Source: the human T2T-CHM13v2.0 reference genome, Homo sapiens
Strand: one strand, 5' to 3'
Length of the DNA stretch: 64,000 nucleotides
NCBI RefSeq assembly: GCF_009914755.1
Contig: NC_060935.1
Position 1 is the stretch's first letter; each line of letters starts with the position of its first letter. The notes under the pieces were generated by a model that saw only the letters and a program-made list of their open reading frames with translations, was not told where the DNA came from and made no database searches. Positions 1-13,420 of this stretch are shown here, one piece after another. The position numbers and the translations under genes were made by a program.

Positions 1-945
1 AGGCAGGTGTGGCTAGACAAAGGTGACCCAAGGACTGAGGGAGGAGATGGGAGCACAGCATCAGGGTGGGCCCTGCTGTGACAGATGTGTAGAGCCCCAT
101 GGGACATGACAGCAATTTTAGCTTTTCCTCTGAGATGGGGAACCTTTAGAAGGTTTTAGGCAGAGGAGTGATGTGAACAGATTGAAGAAGAGCAAAGAGG
201 AAGCAGGAAGAACAGGTAGGAGGCTCCTGGAATAACCCAGGAGAGAGATGGCCAAGGTGAGGGTGTGAAGGTGAAAGGAAGTAGTCCGATCATATACTTC
301 ACATACTTTTGAAGGCAGAACTGAAGATATCTGCTGATGGGTTGGATGTGGGATGTGAGAGAAAGGGGAGACAAAGAAACTCTAAGGTGTTTTGCTTGAG
401 TGAAGCAAGGAATAGAACTAACACAGGAAGAGCAGGTTGGCAAGCAGGTGGGAAAAAATCAGGGAACAGGCTTTGTGCATGTTAGGTTTGAGAAGAGCTG
501 TTGCCTGTTTAGAGGGATATATAAATTGGAGTTTAGGGCAGAGGTCCAGACTAGAGATATAAATCTGGGCGTCATCGATAGATAGATGGGTTTAAACCTG
601 GAGGTTGTATAAGATCTCCCAGGGAGTGTAGAACAGAAAGAAGAGCCCTGGGGCACACCTGCATTCAGAGGATTCATGAGGAGGAAGAACCAGTGAAAGA
701 GGTGGAAGAAGTAGTGAGTAGTGTGGTGAGGCAGAACCAGGGGAGAGCAGAGACCCTCAGCAAACAAAAAGGAAATGCTCCAGAAGGAGCGTGACATCAA
801 CCACGTAAATAGTTTGAGTCATATGAGGACTGAGCAAGGACCACTGCATATAGCAACATGCAGGTCCTGGGGCCCTTGACAGGAGCAGTGTTGGAAGGAT
901 AGCGGGGAGAAAGGTTGACTGGAGTTCCTCAAGGGCAGAGGCCAC
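1..945 (-). mobile_element. L2 LINE fragment (old, ORF2/3' region)
   Basis: Reverse complement of typical L2 sequence, e.g. 'ggagtttagggcagaggtccagactagagatataaatctgggcgtcatc' and 'gagccctggggcacacctgcattcagagg'. Confidence 0.8.
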
Positions 946-1497
946 CTCTCATTCACTTCTGTCTCCCCCACACCCACCCACAGGGTCCAGCACAGTCACA
1001 GTATCTGGCACACAGTAGGCAATAAGAAATAACCGTCAGTGGGTGAGCCATCACCCCCATGAAGCCACCAAACTTTTATTTTTCCCTGTTCATAGGATAC
1101 ACTAATTTCATAGAAATGATCCAGTCTTTTCATATGTGTATGTATCTGGCTAGAAGAAAGTAGCAGAGGAAATCAAATAAAAAATTGTATCTTGCTTCCA
1201 GAAAGTCAGTGAGGGCTGCCCTTATTTACAAAAGACTCCATATTATTTCTGCAGAGTAAGGCTGGTACAAGGACGTCAGTACCTTTAATTGCCTATGCAT
1301 GGAAAATGTTCTAATGTTAGCAACAACAACAATGATGATGATATGCTATATTTTGTACATTTTGGAAGAAGCTATCATATGCATCACCTCACTTCTCCTC
1401 CTTGCCAACTACCTCACAACGTTTGCAAGAGCTGCTGGCCTTACGTAGTCTGCTGAGGGAACTTTGTATTTAAAGAGCACAGCAAACTCTCTTAGGT

Positions 1498-1703
1498 CAG
1501 AAGTCTGCAAACTGCAAACGATGGCCCAGCACATGTTTTTTAAATAAAGTTTTCTTGGAACACAGCCACAACCACTTATTTGCATACTGTCTATATCTGC
1601 TTTCATACCAGAACAGCAGAGTTGAGTAGTTGTGACAGAGTCCCAACAAAGTCAGAAATCTTCACTATCCAGCTCTTTACAGAAAAAGTTTGCTAATAAA
1701 CTG
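1498..1703 (+). mobile_element. MER58A hAT-Charlie MITE
   Basis: 'aaataaagttttcttggaacacagccac...gcagagttgagtagttgtgacagag...tttacagaaaaagtttgc'; degenerate 8-bp TSD tcttaggt (1490-1497) / ttttagat (1704-1711). Confidence 0.9.
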
Positions 1704-2009
1704 TTTTAGATAAGCTAAACTGGAGGCCTTCAAAACAAGATGATTAAGATAGTCCATTGAAATTTGGGATAAAATATTTGAACATCTCTCTCTTTTTAAT
1801 TTTAAGAAAGGAAGCATTAAACTTACCTAATATTTAGTATATGGATTGAGAATGAGTCATGGATGTAATTTATAAATAAAATTGCAAATACTGAGGATGT
1901 GTACTCAAAAAACATTTATTGTTAAGGACAGATGATAAAAAGTTTGAAGACCAAGCGAGTGATTCAATAAAGAGTTTGACATATAGAAGGTGCTCAAAAT
2001 AGTTTAGAA

Positions 2010-2255
2010 TAACATTAGTTAACATTTACTGAATATCTAGCCTGTTTTAAGAGCAGAGCTATGGGCTTTACAAGCATTTTTCTCATTTAAATCAACAACC
2101 GTCCGATGAAAATGGTATTATATCCCTGTTCCATTTTACAGATTAAGAAACTGAGGCTTAGCAAGATTAAAGATCTCCTTACCATGGGACAGTGAGAAAA
2201 CGGTAGCTTTGGGAATGGAATCATGATCTCTCTGTCTCCAAAACCTAAGGTCTGG
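2010..2255 (-). mobile_element. MIR SINE
   Basis: MIR core reverse complement 'ccattttacagattaagaaactgaggctta'. Confidence 0.75.
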
Positions 2256-2922
2256 GCTTGCAAATTGCCCTGCAGTTTTAATGGTGCTATTTTATATAAA
2301 TATGTTTTAGGTACAGGCTTAAAATTAACCAAAGCAATGAGGAAAGGGAAAACATTGACTTTGCATCTTAAGCTTATTAACAAGGTTCTAAAAATGCATT
2401 TTGGCAAAAAGGAAAGAAAAAAACCCAAGGTGAGAGCAGATCCCTGGAACCTCCCCCGTATTTATGATTCACCCTCCACTCTCAAGTGTCTGAGTGTGGA
2501 GCTTCTGTAACTACCATACTAGGTATATGGCCATGAGGTAGACAGTCAAAGCCTGGAATTAGACATGGGTTTCCTCACAGAAACCTTATGGCACATACGA
2601 TCTATAGATTCCAAAGGTTGAAGAAGCATCATAGTGCAGTGTTCAACAGCCAAGTAGTCAGGCAGAATTGGATTTTGCTCCATTATGAACTAGCAGTGTT
2701 GCCTTGGTCAAGTCCTTTAATCTCTCTAAGCATCAGCGTTCTCATTTATACAGTGAGAACAATACCGCGCACTTGGCAAGTTTGGAGACCTTCTGAAACA
2801 CTTAGTAATTGTGCGTGGGGTTAATCATAACTATACTTATATATATATTTTTATATTTGTTTTTAGTAATTTGTGTTGTCTGAATATTTTTGTAACAATG
2901 CAGTTAAACATAAATAAGACTG

Positions 2923-3050
2923 GCTGGGCATAGTGGTGTGCACCTGTAATTTCAGCTACTTGGGATGCTGAGGCAGGAGGATCCCTTGAGCCTAAGAGCT
3001 CAAGACCAGCCTGGACAACAGAGTGAGACCACATCTCAAAAATAAGTAAA
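2923..3050 (+). mobile_element. FLAM (free left Alu monomer)
   Basis: Single monomer of about 120 bp, 'ggctgggcatagtgg...gagaccacatctcaaaa', with an A tail. Confidence 0.85.
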
Positions 3051-3074
3051 GAAGACAAATAGATTATCTGAATA

Positions 3075-3152
3075 GTCATATATATACACACACATATATA
3101 TATGTATATCTAAACATATATATGTATGTGTATATATGTATATACATATATA
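3075..3152. repeat. (TA)n/(CA)n/(TG)n degenerate microsatellite
   Basis: Alternating tatatatacacacacatatatatatgtatat run. Confidence 0.85.
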
Positions 3153-5962
3153 AAAGAAATTGTATTAATCATTAATAATCTTCCAAAAAATAAAGTACCA
3201 GGCCCACATGTGTTTACTGGTGAATTCTACCAAACACGTAGGGAAGAAACTATACCAATTATCTACAATGTCTTCTAGGAGACAGAAGCAGAGTCAGTTC
3301 TTCCTAACTCATTCCATGAGGCCAGCATTACCCTAATGACAAAACCAGCAAAGACATTACAAGAAAAGAAAACTACAGGCCACTATCTCTCAGGAGCACA
3401 GATACCAAAATCTTCAACTAAATATTAGCAAATAAAATCCAACAATGTACATAAAAAACTACACACCATGACTAAATGGGATTTATCCCAGGTATGCAAG
3501 GCTGGTTCAACATTCAAAAACTGATTAATATAATCCACCACATCAACAGGCTAAAAAAGAAAAACCAAATAATTATATCAATAGATGCAGAAAAAGCATT
3601 TGACAAAATTCAACACTCGTTTATGACAAAACCTCTCAGTAAATGAGGAATAGAAGGGAACTTCCTCAACTTCATAAACAGCATCTACAAAAAATCTACT
3701 GGTAATACATTTAATGGAGAGAAATTCAAAGCTTTTCTGCTAAAAATCAGGAAGAAAGCCAGGGTGTCTGTCCCTTCACACCACTACTTTTTAATATTTT
3801 ACTGGATGTCCTAGCTAAAACAATAAGACAAGAAAAGGAAATAAAAGGTATATAGATTGGGAAGAAAGAAATAAAACTTTGTTCACAAATAATATAATTG
3901 CCTATGTAAAAGTCCTGAAAGAACTGATTAAAAAAAAAAAAAGAAAGTCCTGGAACTAATAAGCAATTATAGCAAGGTTGCAGGATACAAAGTTAACATA
4001 CAAAAGTCAATCACTTTCCTATGCATCAGCAATGAACAAGTTGAATTTAAAATTAAAAACACATTACCGTTTACATTAGCACCACCCAAATGAAATACTT
4101 AGGTATAAACCTGACAAAATATGTACAATATCTATATGAGGAAAACCAAAAAATTCTGATGAAAGATCAAAGAACTAAAAAAAAAAAAAACTGTTCCACG
4201 TTTATAAACAGGAAGACTCAAAATTGTCAAGATGTCAGTTCTTCCCAAATTTATCTATAGACTCAATGCAATCCCAATCAAAATCCCAGCAAGTTATTTT
4301 GTGATTGTTGACAAAATGAGTCTATACTTGATATAGACAGCAAAAGATCCATAATAGCCAACTCAACATTGGAGAAGAATAAAGACAGAGGACTGACATT
4401 ACTGAACTTCCAGACTTACTATAAAGCTACAATAATCAAGACAGCATGGTATTGGAAAAAGCAAACATAAATACATCAACGGAACAGAATAGAGAACCCA
4501 GAAATAAATCTACATAAATACAGTCAACTGATTTTTGACAACAGAGCAAAGGCAATTTAATGGCACAAACATAATATTTTCAACAAATGGTGTAGGGACA
4601 ACTGGACATCCAAATATCAAAAAATTTATCTAGACTTAGACCTCATTCCCTTCACAAGAATTAACTCGAAATGTAAAATGCAAAACTACAAAACACCAAG
4701 TAAATAACATAGGAAAAAATCTAGGTGATCTTGGATACGGTGATAATTTTTAGATGAAATGCCAAAAGCACAATTCTTGAAAGAAATAATTGATAAGCTA
4801 GATATTAAAATTAAAAACTTATGCTCTCTGGAAAATGATATGATGAGAATGAGAAGACAAGCCATAGACTGAGAGAAAAATATTTGCAAAAGACTATCTA
4901 GTGAAGGACTGTTAGCCAAAATATCCAAAAAACTCTTAAAGTTCAACAATAAGAAAACAACCTGATTTAAAATTGGGCAAAAGGTCTGAACAGATGTCAC
5001 ATCAAAGGAGATATTCAGATGGCAACTAAACATATAAAATGATGTTCAGCATCATATGCCAGTAGAGAACTGCAAATTAAAACAATACTAATACTAACCT
5101 ATTAGAATGGCAAAAATCCAAAACGCTGACATCAAATGCTAGTGAGGATGTGGAGCAGCAGGAATTTTCATTCATTGCTCATGGGAATGCATAATGGTAC
5201 AGCTACTTTGGAAGACAGTTTGGCAGTTTCTTAAGAAACTAAACACATTCTTATTGTATGATCCAGCAGCTGCACTCCTTGGTATTTACCCAAATGAATT
5301 GAAAACTTACGTCCAGAAAAAAACCAGCACATGAATGTGTATAGTACTTTTATTAATAATTGCCAAAACTTGGAAGCAACCAAGATGTCTTTAAGTAGAT
5401 AAATAAATAAATAAACTATGGTACATCCAGACAATGGAATATTATTTAACACTAAAGTAAATGAGCTATCAAGCCATGAAAAGACATGGAGGAAACTTAA
5501 ATGCTCATTAAGTGAAGGAAGTCAATCCGAAAAGTCTACATCCTGCATTATTCCCATTGACATTCTGGAAAAAGCAAGACTTTGGAGACAGTGAAAAGAT
5601 CAGTGGTTGCCAGGGATTGGAGGGAGGAAGGATGAATAGGCAGAACACAGAGGATTTTTTAGAATAGTGAAACTATTCTGTACTACAATGGCAGATACAT
5701 GACATTATATACATTTGTCAAAACTCATAGAATGTACAATACCAAGAGTGAACACCAATGTGAGCTATGGACTTTGGGTGATAATGATGTGTCAATGTAG
5801 GTTCATCAGTGGTAACAAATGTACCACTCTGGTTTGGGATATTGATGTGGCAAGGTTGTGTGTGTGTGGGCACAGAAGACACAAGGGGACTCTTGTTTTC
5901 CACTTAATTTTGCTGTGAACCTAAGACTTCTCTTGAAAATAAAGTTTCTTAATTTTCAAAAA
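3153..5962 (+). mobile_element. 5'-truncated L1MC1/L1MC2-type LINE-1 (decayed ORF2 plus 3' UTR)
   Basis: ORF2 RT-region sequence ('ggtatgcaaggctggttcaacatt', 'atagatgcagaaaaagcatttgacaaaatt') broken by stops and frameshifts; L1MC-type 3' UTR 'ctatggactttgggtgataatgatgtgtcaatgtaggttcatc'. Confidence 0.9.
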
Positions 5963-6030
5963 GAAAGAAATAAAATGAATGAACGAATGACTCAAAAGGA
6001 GAGAAATAAAATGAATGAATGAATGACTCA

Positions 6031-7125
6031 CTCTATACTTCATGTGCATTAGGATGGCTTATCAAAAAAACAGAAAATAACAAGCATTGGCAAAAATGTA
6101 GAAAAATTGGAACCCTTGTGCATTACTGGTGGGAATGTAAAATAGTGTTGCTGCTGTGAAAAAATGCATGGTAATTCCTCAATTTAATTATAAAAGAATG
6201 ATCTTATGATCCAACTATTCTATTTTTGAATATATACCCAAAAGAACTGAGAGCAGGGACTTGAACAGATGTTTGTACATCTATGTTCACAGGAGCATTA
6301 TTGACAACAGTCAAAAGAGGAATCAATCCTCGAGTCCATGGTCAGATAACTGGATAATGTGATCTATGCATACAATGTAATATTATTCGGCCTTATAAAG
6401 GGAGGAAATTCTGACACATGTTATAATATGGATGGACCTAGAGCAGCAGCCCCCAACCTTTTTGGTACCAGGGACTGGTTTCATGGAAGACAATCTTTCC
6501 ACAGATAGCGGAGGAGGATGGTTTCAGGATGAACCTGCTTGATGTCAGATCATCAGACATTAGATCCTCATAAGGAATGTGCAACCTAGATCCCTCCATG
6601 CTCAGTTAACAATAGGGTTCGCACTCTTAAGAGAATTTAATGCCCCCACTGATCTGATAGGAGGCAGAGCTCAGGCAGTATTGCTCTCGCTGGGCCTGCT
6701 GCTCACCTCCTGCTGTGCAGCTAGGTTCCTAACCACTTACTGGTACTGGTCCATGGCATGGGGTAGGGGTGTGGGGGTGGAGGTTAGGGGGGGTGGGAAC
6801 TCCTAACCCAGGGGACATTATGCTAAGGGAAAGAAGCCAATCACAAAAGGACAAATACCGTATGATTCCACTTATGTGAGGTACCTAGAGCCGTCAAATT
6901 CCCAGAGACAGAGAGTAGAATGGGAGTTGCCAGGGCCTGGAGGGAAGGCAGCAGGGAAAGTTATTGTTTAATGGGCATAGAGTTTCAGTTTGGAAGATGA
7001 AAAGAGTTCTGGAGATGGACGGTTGTACAACAATGTGAATGTATTTAACGCCCCTGAACTGTACACTTAAAAATGGTCAAAATGTTAAATTTTATGTTAG
7101 ATGTATTTCACCACAATTTTAGAAA
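6031..7125 (+). mobile_element. L1MB (L1MB3-like) 3' fragment interrupted by MER1B
   Basis: L1 3' end motifs 'agttctggagatgg...aacaatgtgaatgta...actgtacacttaaaaatgg'. Confidence 0.85.
6444..6805 (+). mobile_element. MER1B hAT-Charlie MITE
   Basis: 'ccccaacctttttggtaccagggactggtttcatggaagacaat'; 8-bp TSD acctagag (6436-6443) / acccaggg (6806-6813). Confidence 0.9.
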
Positions 7126-7242
7126 TTTAAACAAGTAAGACTCTCAATATCCCATACTAAGCAAATGACAGATACAGCTTATATCTTATATTCTGATCAA
7201 AACAAAAAGTACATTTCTTTGAAACATAAAAAAGAAATGTTT

Positions 7243-7596
<354 letters not shown>

Positions 7597-9819
7597 AAAT
7601 GTTTAAAATGCAAGAAAAAAAGTCCTTTGCTTCTTAGTCCATGACTTTGAAAAGTGACAGACTAGAAGATTATAGTCTCATATCTGAGGCAGCATCCAAC
7701 AGGATAACTGGGCCCAGTTAAATCACCAGCCAATTTTCATATTGTATCACCAGCGAATGGCATGGTGCCATTTGACTCTTGGTGCCAGGAGGAGACAATC
7801 AATGTGGAATTTTCCACAGAATGCTATTTACCATGAGTATTGGCATATACCATTTAACTTTCACATTGCTTGGACCACATGAAAGCTGAAAAATCATTGC
7901 CCAAGTTTGGAGGTGCAATTGTCTATGCCTACCCCCAAATTCTTCATTCTGATGAAATCATAAACCTTAGCAGTCCTTAGAAAAAGTACATTGGCCTAGG
8001 AAGAAAAACATCATTTACCCTGCAGAGAGTCTTTCCCTTTTCAAAATTCCTTCTGATATAGTTTCCTAAAATCTCCAGAAACATCTGCCAAAGAGGTAAT
8101 GTTCATAACGACAATGATGATGATAATGCAGTTATCCCCAAGTCTGAGTGCCATTTCTGTGCCAGGGACAGAGTGTGGCATTTTACATGTATAGAAGGGT
8201 TAGTTTCATTGTCCCAATAACCTTTCCAAGCAAATATTTTTCATCTAGCTTTTAAAGATGAAAAAATTGAGTTTCAAAGAAATGAAGTAATGTGTCCAAG
8301 GTAAGGTGGCAAAGCTAGGATTTAAATCCAGATCTCTCTAACTCCAAAAACTATATTCTTTCCTTTATACTATGCTACCTTTACTAATATTCCTATATCT
8401 TGGATGAATACCACCACCTTGCCATGTCTTATGCTTGTCATTGGCTAAGCTAGTGACCAGGCTGGGAGTTATGGCTCAGAATGGAGGTGCCCTCAGTAAG
8501 AGAAATGAGACAGGAATCCACCATACAGCCTCCCGCCCTGAGCACTTCTTCCAACACTCTAAGCCATCAACAGGGCCTTGTAGCAACAATTGCATCTGTT
8601 TATCAAGCAACTGTTGTACCAGGCACTACAGCGGAGCCTTTACGTGCTTTATCTCTAAGCCTTATAGCAATTCCAGAAAGCAGGTATGTTATCCTCATTT
8701 TATAGATGAGGCTGAGAAAGGTAAATGACATGCAAAACAAAACAGCTAGTCAGTGGCTAACTTTCCTCTTCTTACTGTAATGCCTAATGGCAGTAACCCA
8801 GAGCCAGTTTACGGAGAAAAGCAGAGGGTGGTGCGATGATAAACTAGGCTATCACCCATGAGACAGGCAATCTGGAGGAATTAAATATTGGGGGATTGGG
8901 TAGGATGATGAGGGCAAAGAGAACCTTGCCATCTTGAATTTTTTAAAGAAATTGCCTAAGTTTTCTAGACCTATGCAAATAAATACCGTGTGTTATTGTT
9001 CCTGGAATAAACTGCTTTGAATCTATACTTGAATGCACTGAGATTATTGATTCACCTGCTTCCAGTGTATATTATTATGCACACAGCTCTAATTTACTGC
9101 ATCTGAAACAGCCCCTCGGAGCCCGATTCTCTGGCTATTGGCTTTGGTGAAAGATTCTTCTCAGATCATGTATTTACATTGCAGGTGATATTATAGAAAA
9201 GGTTTTGTTAAGAAACTCTCACTGGAGAGTAGAGTAATTTATACAAGATATTTGGACATCCTCCTTAGCCCCATTGCCCAACCCCTTCCCATTCCTCCCC
9301 TTCATTCTTGTTCTGAATGTTAAACTTTTACACACACTGCTCTAATGATATGATAATGCTTTTGGGTTAATATGTTTTTGCTGTTGAACTCCAGGGCAAC
9401 GACTTGAGCCTCATCTATTAATTTGACTATGAGATGGGTTCAAGATAGAGTAGTTACAATAATCCTTTCCACTGGGGATAAAGGGAAAAGTGCAAGACTA
9501 AGAATAGCAGCACACATAAATAAAACACAGTTTCTTCCTATCTGTCAGGAAGACGAGGCAACCACTGGGCTGGCTACTTGCTAACATGGTGTCCACAACT
9601 CCTGCTCAACCCATGCATGGGTCCTTAATAATTATCCTGGACCCACTCAGCCAGAAAGTGCTTCCTAAATAACCTTTTGTCAATAGTGGTTTGAATTAAG
9701 ACCAAGTTCTAGATGCAATAGTGTTCAATGGATAGGCTTTATTCTCACCCTCCTCCCATGACTGCCTCCCTAGGCAGGACACTAGTGAGACTCTACAAGG
9801 AAAGGAATTTTACTCAATT

Positions 9820-10198
9820 TGTTATGAGATGAATGGTGCCTCCCACTAGTTCCTATGTTGAAGTCCTAACCCCCAGTACCTCAGAATCTGATTGTATTTG
9901 GAGACAGGGCCTTAAAAAGGTTAATTAAGGTAAAATGAGGTCATATGATTGGGCCCTACCCCAGTACAATTGGTGTCCTTATAAGAAGAGATTAGGACAC
10001 AGATACACAGAGGAAAGACCATGTGAGGACATGGTGGGAAGACAGCCATTTGCAAGCCAAGGAAGGCCTCAGAAGAAACCAACCCTGCAGGCACCTTGAT
10101 TTTGGACTTCCAGCCTCCAGAATGGAATGCAATTAATTTCTGTTGTTTAAACCACCCAGTCTGTGCTACTTTGTTATGGCAGCCTAGCAGACTATATA
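9820..10198 (+). mobile_element. MLT1B-type MaLR solo LTR
   Basis: 'tatgttgaagtcctaacccccagtacctcagaat...ggacttccagcctccagaa...tttgttatggcagcctagcagacta'. Confidence 0.88.
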
Positions 10199-10696
10199 TA
10201 ATTCTACTCATCTGCAAAGAACAGTGTTTCAGTAGAGCTTGGGAGGGAGAAAAACTCACTGTTGTTTAGCTTTGCCTGCATGCCAAACACTCACTCATGA
10301 GACCTCATTTAATCCACACAACTGCTGGGACATTTGCACTTTCCAACCAGTGAGCTCTCTTCACGAAGGGCTTCTGTGAACTTACTTTCTCCACAGCTGC
10401 AAATTTTAAAGTCAATTGTAGATAAACTATGACTCTCACTTGTCATGGGAATTTGGGGAAACAAGAAACCGAAGACTAGGAATTGAGAAGAGAAGTGGGA
10501 GATCCAAGTCTAGAAATCTGAGGATCTGGTAAAAGCTATAAAACTTCTCCCTGGCAAAAGACATTCATGGCCATGAATCCAGAATGCTGACTTCAATTTC
10601 AAGGGTTAATGCACAGTTGGAAACTCACTCACAGACTCTGCAGGATTCATAGACCCCAGCTTATGAACCCTAGAGTAGAGAGTTTCAGTGAAGTCC

Positions 10697-10975
10697 TAGT
10701 AGAGAGGAGATGATGGAGGTGAGGAAAAGGGAAAAGAGAGGAGGAGAGGAAGAAGGAGGGAAGGAGAGGAGAGATGAGGGGAGAAGGAAGGGAGAATGGA
10801 GGAGTGAGGAGAGGAGTCAATGGAGGAGAAAAGCAAAGAAGAAGGAAGGGAAGAATAAAGGAGAAGGGGAGCGAGCAGAAGAGAAGTGAGGATGGGGATG
10901 GGGAAGAGGAGAAAAGAGAGAGAGGAGGGAAGGGGGAGACGAGGAGCAGTAGAAAAGGGAGGAGGGGATGAGAAG
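10697..10975 (+). repeat. GA-rich polypurine low-complexity tract
   Basis: About 280 bp made almost entirely of A and G (ggag/gagga/gaagg units). Confidence 0.9.
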
Positions 10976-11529
10976 GGGCTGGGGTCTGTCCACACTTGTC
11001 CAGGCAGGGCTAAAGCCAAGGATAGGGTGTGGTGATTGCAAATCCAAGTCTTGACCTCAGAAAGGCAGTCAGTACTGGGGGACCAGATGTGGGGAAATCT
11101 TCGCACATGTTACCTGCAAGCATGCATAATAAACATTTAAACATGTCACTGAAATCATGAAAGAGGGAACCTAAGGAATTCCTAGTCCTCATGGAAATTA
11201 TTAGTATGAAATTCACAGGTACTAAAACAGGTGTAACTGGCACAGTTCCTTAGGTGGGATGCCTTTCTTGTTGAATTTTAGGGAACGTAAAAACATGGGT
11301 AGGGGCTTAGCAAGTCATTTAAAATACTATTTTGTATGAATGTAAACACAGATATGGTATGGCACAGAATGCAAAATTTCATGTTGTCATAATACATGAT
11401 CTTGAATAAGGTACTTTAATAGTTTCAATTCCCACATTCATAAAAAAATCTAAGAGGAACTAAGAAGTGATGTAACACATGTAAACCCTCAGCATTTAGT
11501 AGGTATTTGGCAAATACAAGATCCCTTCC

Positions 11530-11755
11530 CTTTTTCAGAGGCAGTTAGCCACCATCTCTCTGTGTTCCCACCACAGTCTCCTGCTCCTCCATCACACAAG
11601 CATTTATCATAATTATATGATTTATGTCTGTTTCTCGAGTGAAGGAGTATGCTTCCTAAGAGTAGGGACTGTGTCCTGTTCTTTTCTGGTTCCCAGGCCT
11701 TAGCACCATGTCAGCATACAGTAGGTGTTCATCAAACACTGCAAATGAATCAAAC
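11530..11755 (+). mobile_element. L2 3' end
   Basis: 'gggactgtgtcctgttc...ccttagcaccatgtcagcatacagtaggtgttcatcaaac...aatgaat'. Confidence 0.7.
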
Positions 11756-12993
11756 ATACCTTTTTTAAACACTCTTGTGATGTCCTGTGACAGCTCTTCC
11801 CATGTCATTTAGCACTACTCTCTCTCCTAGAACGAGAGCCCCTTGAAGTCCAAAGCTAGGTCTTAATCGTCTTTTTATGCTCTGGATATGTAGTGCCTGT
11901 GTAAGGTGTTGTAGGGCCTCCATAAGTATTTGCCAAGTGGATTTTCCTTTGATTTGAAATGGAACCAAAGCTAATATTGACTGACCACAGCTGGCAAGAA
12001 TAATAGAAGAGAGGCCTGAGAGCGCAACATCAGAAGTTGCCCAGTCCTGCTGGTTTTGCCAACTCAGACTTGCCTGCGCAGCCTCCGTTGATGGCCCCAC
12101 TCCTGTTGTCAGATCACAGAGCACTCTGGGATCTCTACGCCACTGACGGTTAGAAGAAATGCTTCAGAGGCAGTCACCTGTAGGCTTAGAGGTTGCTTTT
12201 CCACATGTAGCAGGATTTAGATAGAGATGACTCCCATTCTTTTTAAAGGGGGAGCCTTCTGGAACCTTCAGTCCAAGCAACGTGAATCTCTCCCTTCTCT
12301 GTGCTCCTACTGCAGCTTGAAAGGAAAAAAGAAATCCTCTAACTTTATCCCCATTACAGGGTACTCCCCTATTTGCCTGTTTGTCTTACTTGGTAGACCT
12401 CACCACCACGGCATTTTAAAAGATGGTCACATTTTTCGCTTAGACACAAACTCCCGTGGCTGCCTCTTGTCAGCTACCAGTTAAATTGCCCTGGGCACTG
12501 TGTTTATGTCTCAAGTCTCAGCTTCCTCATAAGTAAAATGGGAATAAGAAGGCCTGTGTCACCCTTGGTAAGAGGCTTAAGTGAGATCACACGTGTAAAT
12601 ACGTGGCCTTGCACCTTGTAAATGGCAAATGTCTTTCTTTTTCCTCTCTGCCCTCTTTGGAGGGCAGGACTAAGTCTTATTTTTCTTTAAGACCTTCAAG
12701 ACCTGGCACAGGACTTGGCAAAGGACAGATCCTCAGTATTTACTTTTAGAATAAATGAATGAGAGTCAAAAATAATACAACACTATCCCCTATTCCCTCA
12801 AGAAGCATCATGAAGACCCTAATACAGGCAGCCCATTCAAACAGACATACAGGTTCTGGCCGAATAAATGTGGAAGGAATCACATAAAAATGTAAATAGT
12901 CAATATGAATAGGTGATGCAAGTCAAGAAATGTGTGGTTTTGTTAATGTTGCAAAGCAGTTTTCATTATAATTACAGTTTAAAAAATATTTTC

Positions 12994-13420
12994 GTCCCTC
13001 TCCCTCTCCCGTCTCCCTCTCCCTCTCCCTCTCCCGTCTCCCTCTCCCTCTCCCGTCTCCCTCTCCCTCTCCCGTCTCCCTCTCCCTCTCCCGTCTCCCT
13101 CTCCCTCTCCCGTCTCCCTCTCCCTCTCCCGTCTCCCTCTCCCTCTCCCGTCTCCCTCTCCCTCTCCCGTCTCCCTCTCCCTCTCCCGTCTCCCTCTCCC
13201 TCTCCCGTCTCCCTCTCCCTCTCCCGTCTCCCGTCTCCCTCTCCCTCTCCCGTCTCCCTCTCCCTCTCCCTCTCCCGTCTCCCTCTCCCTCTCCCGTCTC
13301 CCTCTCCCTCTCCCGTCTCCCTCTCCCTCTCCCGTCTCCCTCTCCCTCTCCCGTCTCCCTCTCCCTCTCCCTCTCCCGTCTCCCTCTCCCTCTCCCTCTC
13401 CCGTCTCCCTCTCCCTCTCC
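12994..13420 (+). repeat. SVA hexamer array (CCCTCT/CCGTCT)n, about 70 units
   Basis: Direct reading; mostly an 18-bp higher-order unit of one CCGTCT plus two CCCTCT. Confidence 0.97.

Noticed and set aside
3153-5300. Reverse-transcriptase-like coding potential
   Set aside because: Dead L1M ORF2 with many stops and frameshifts
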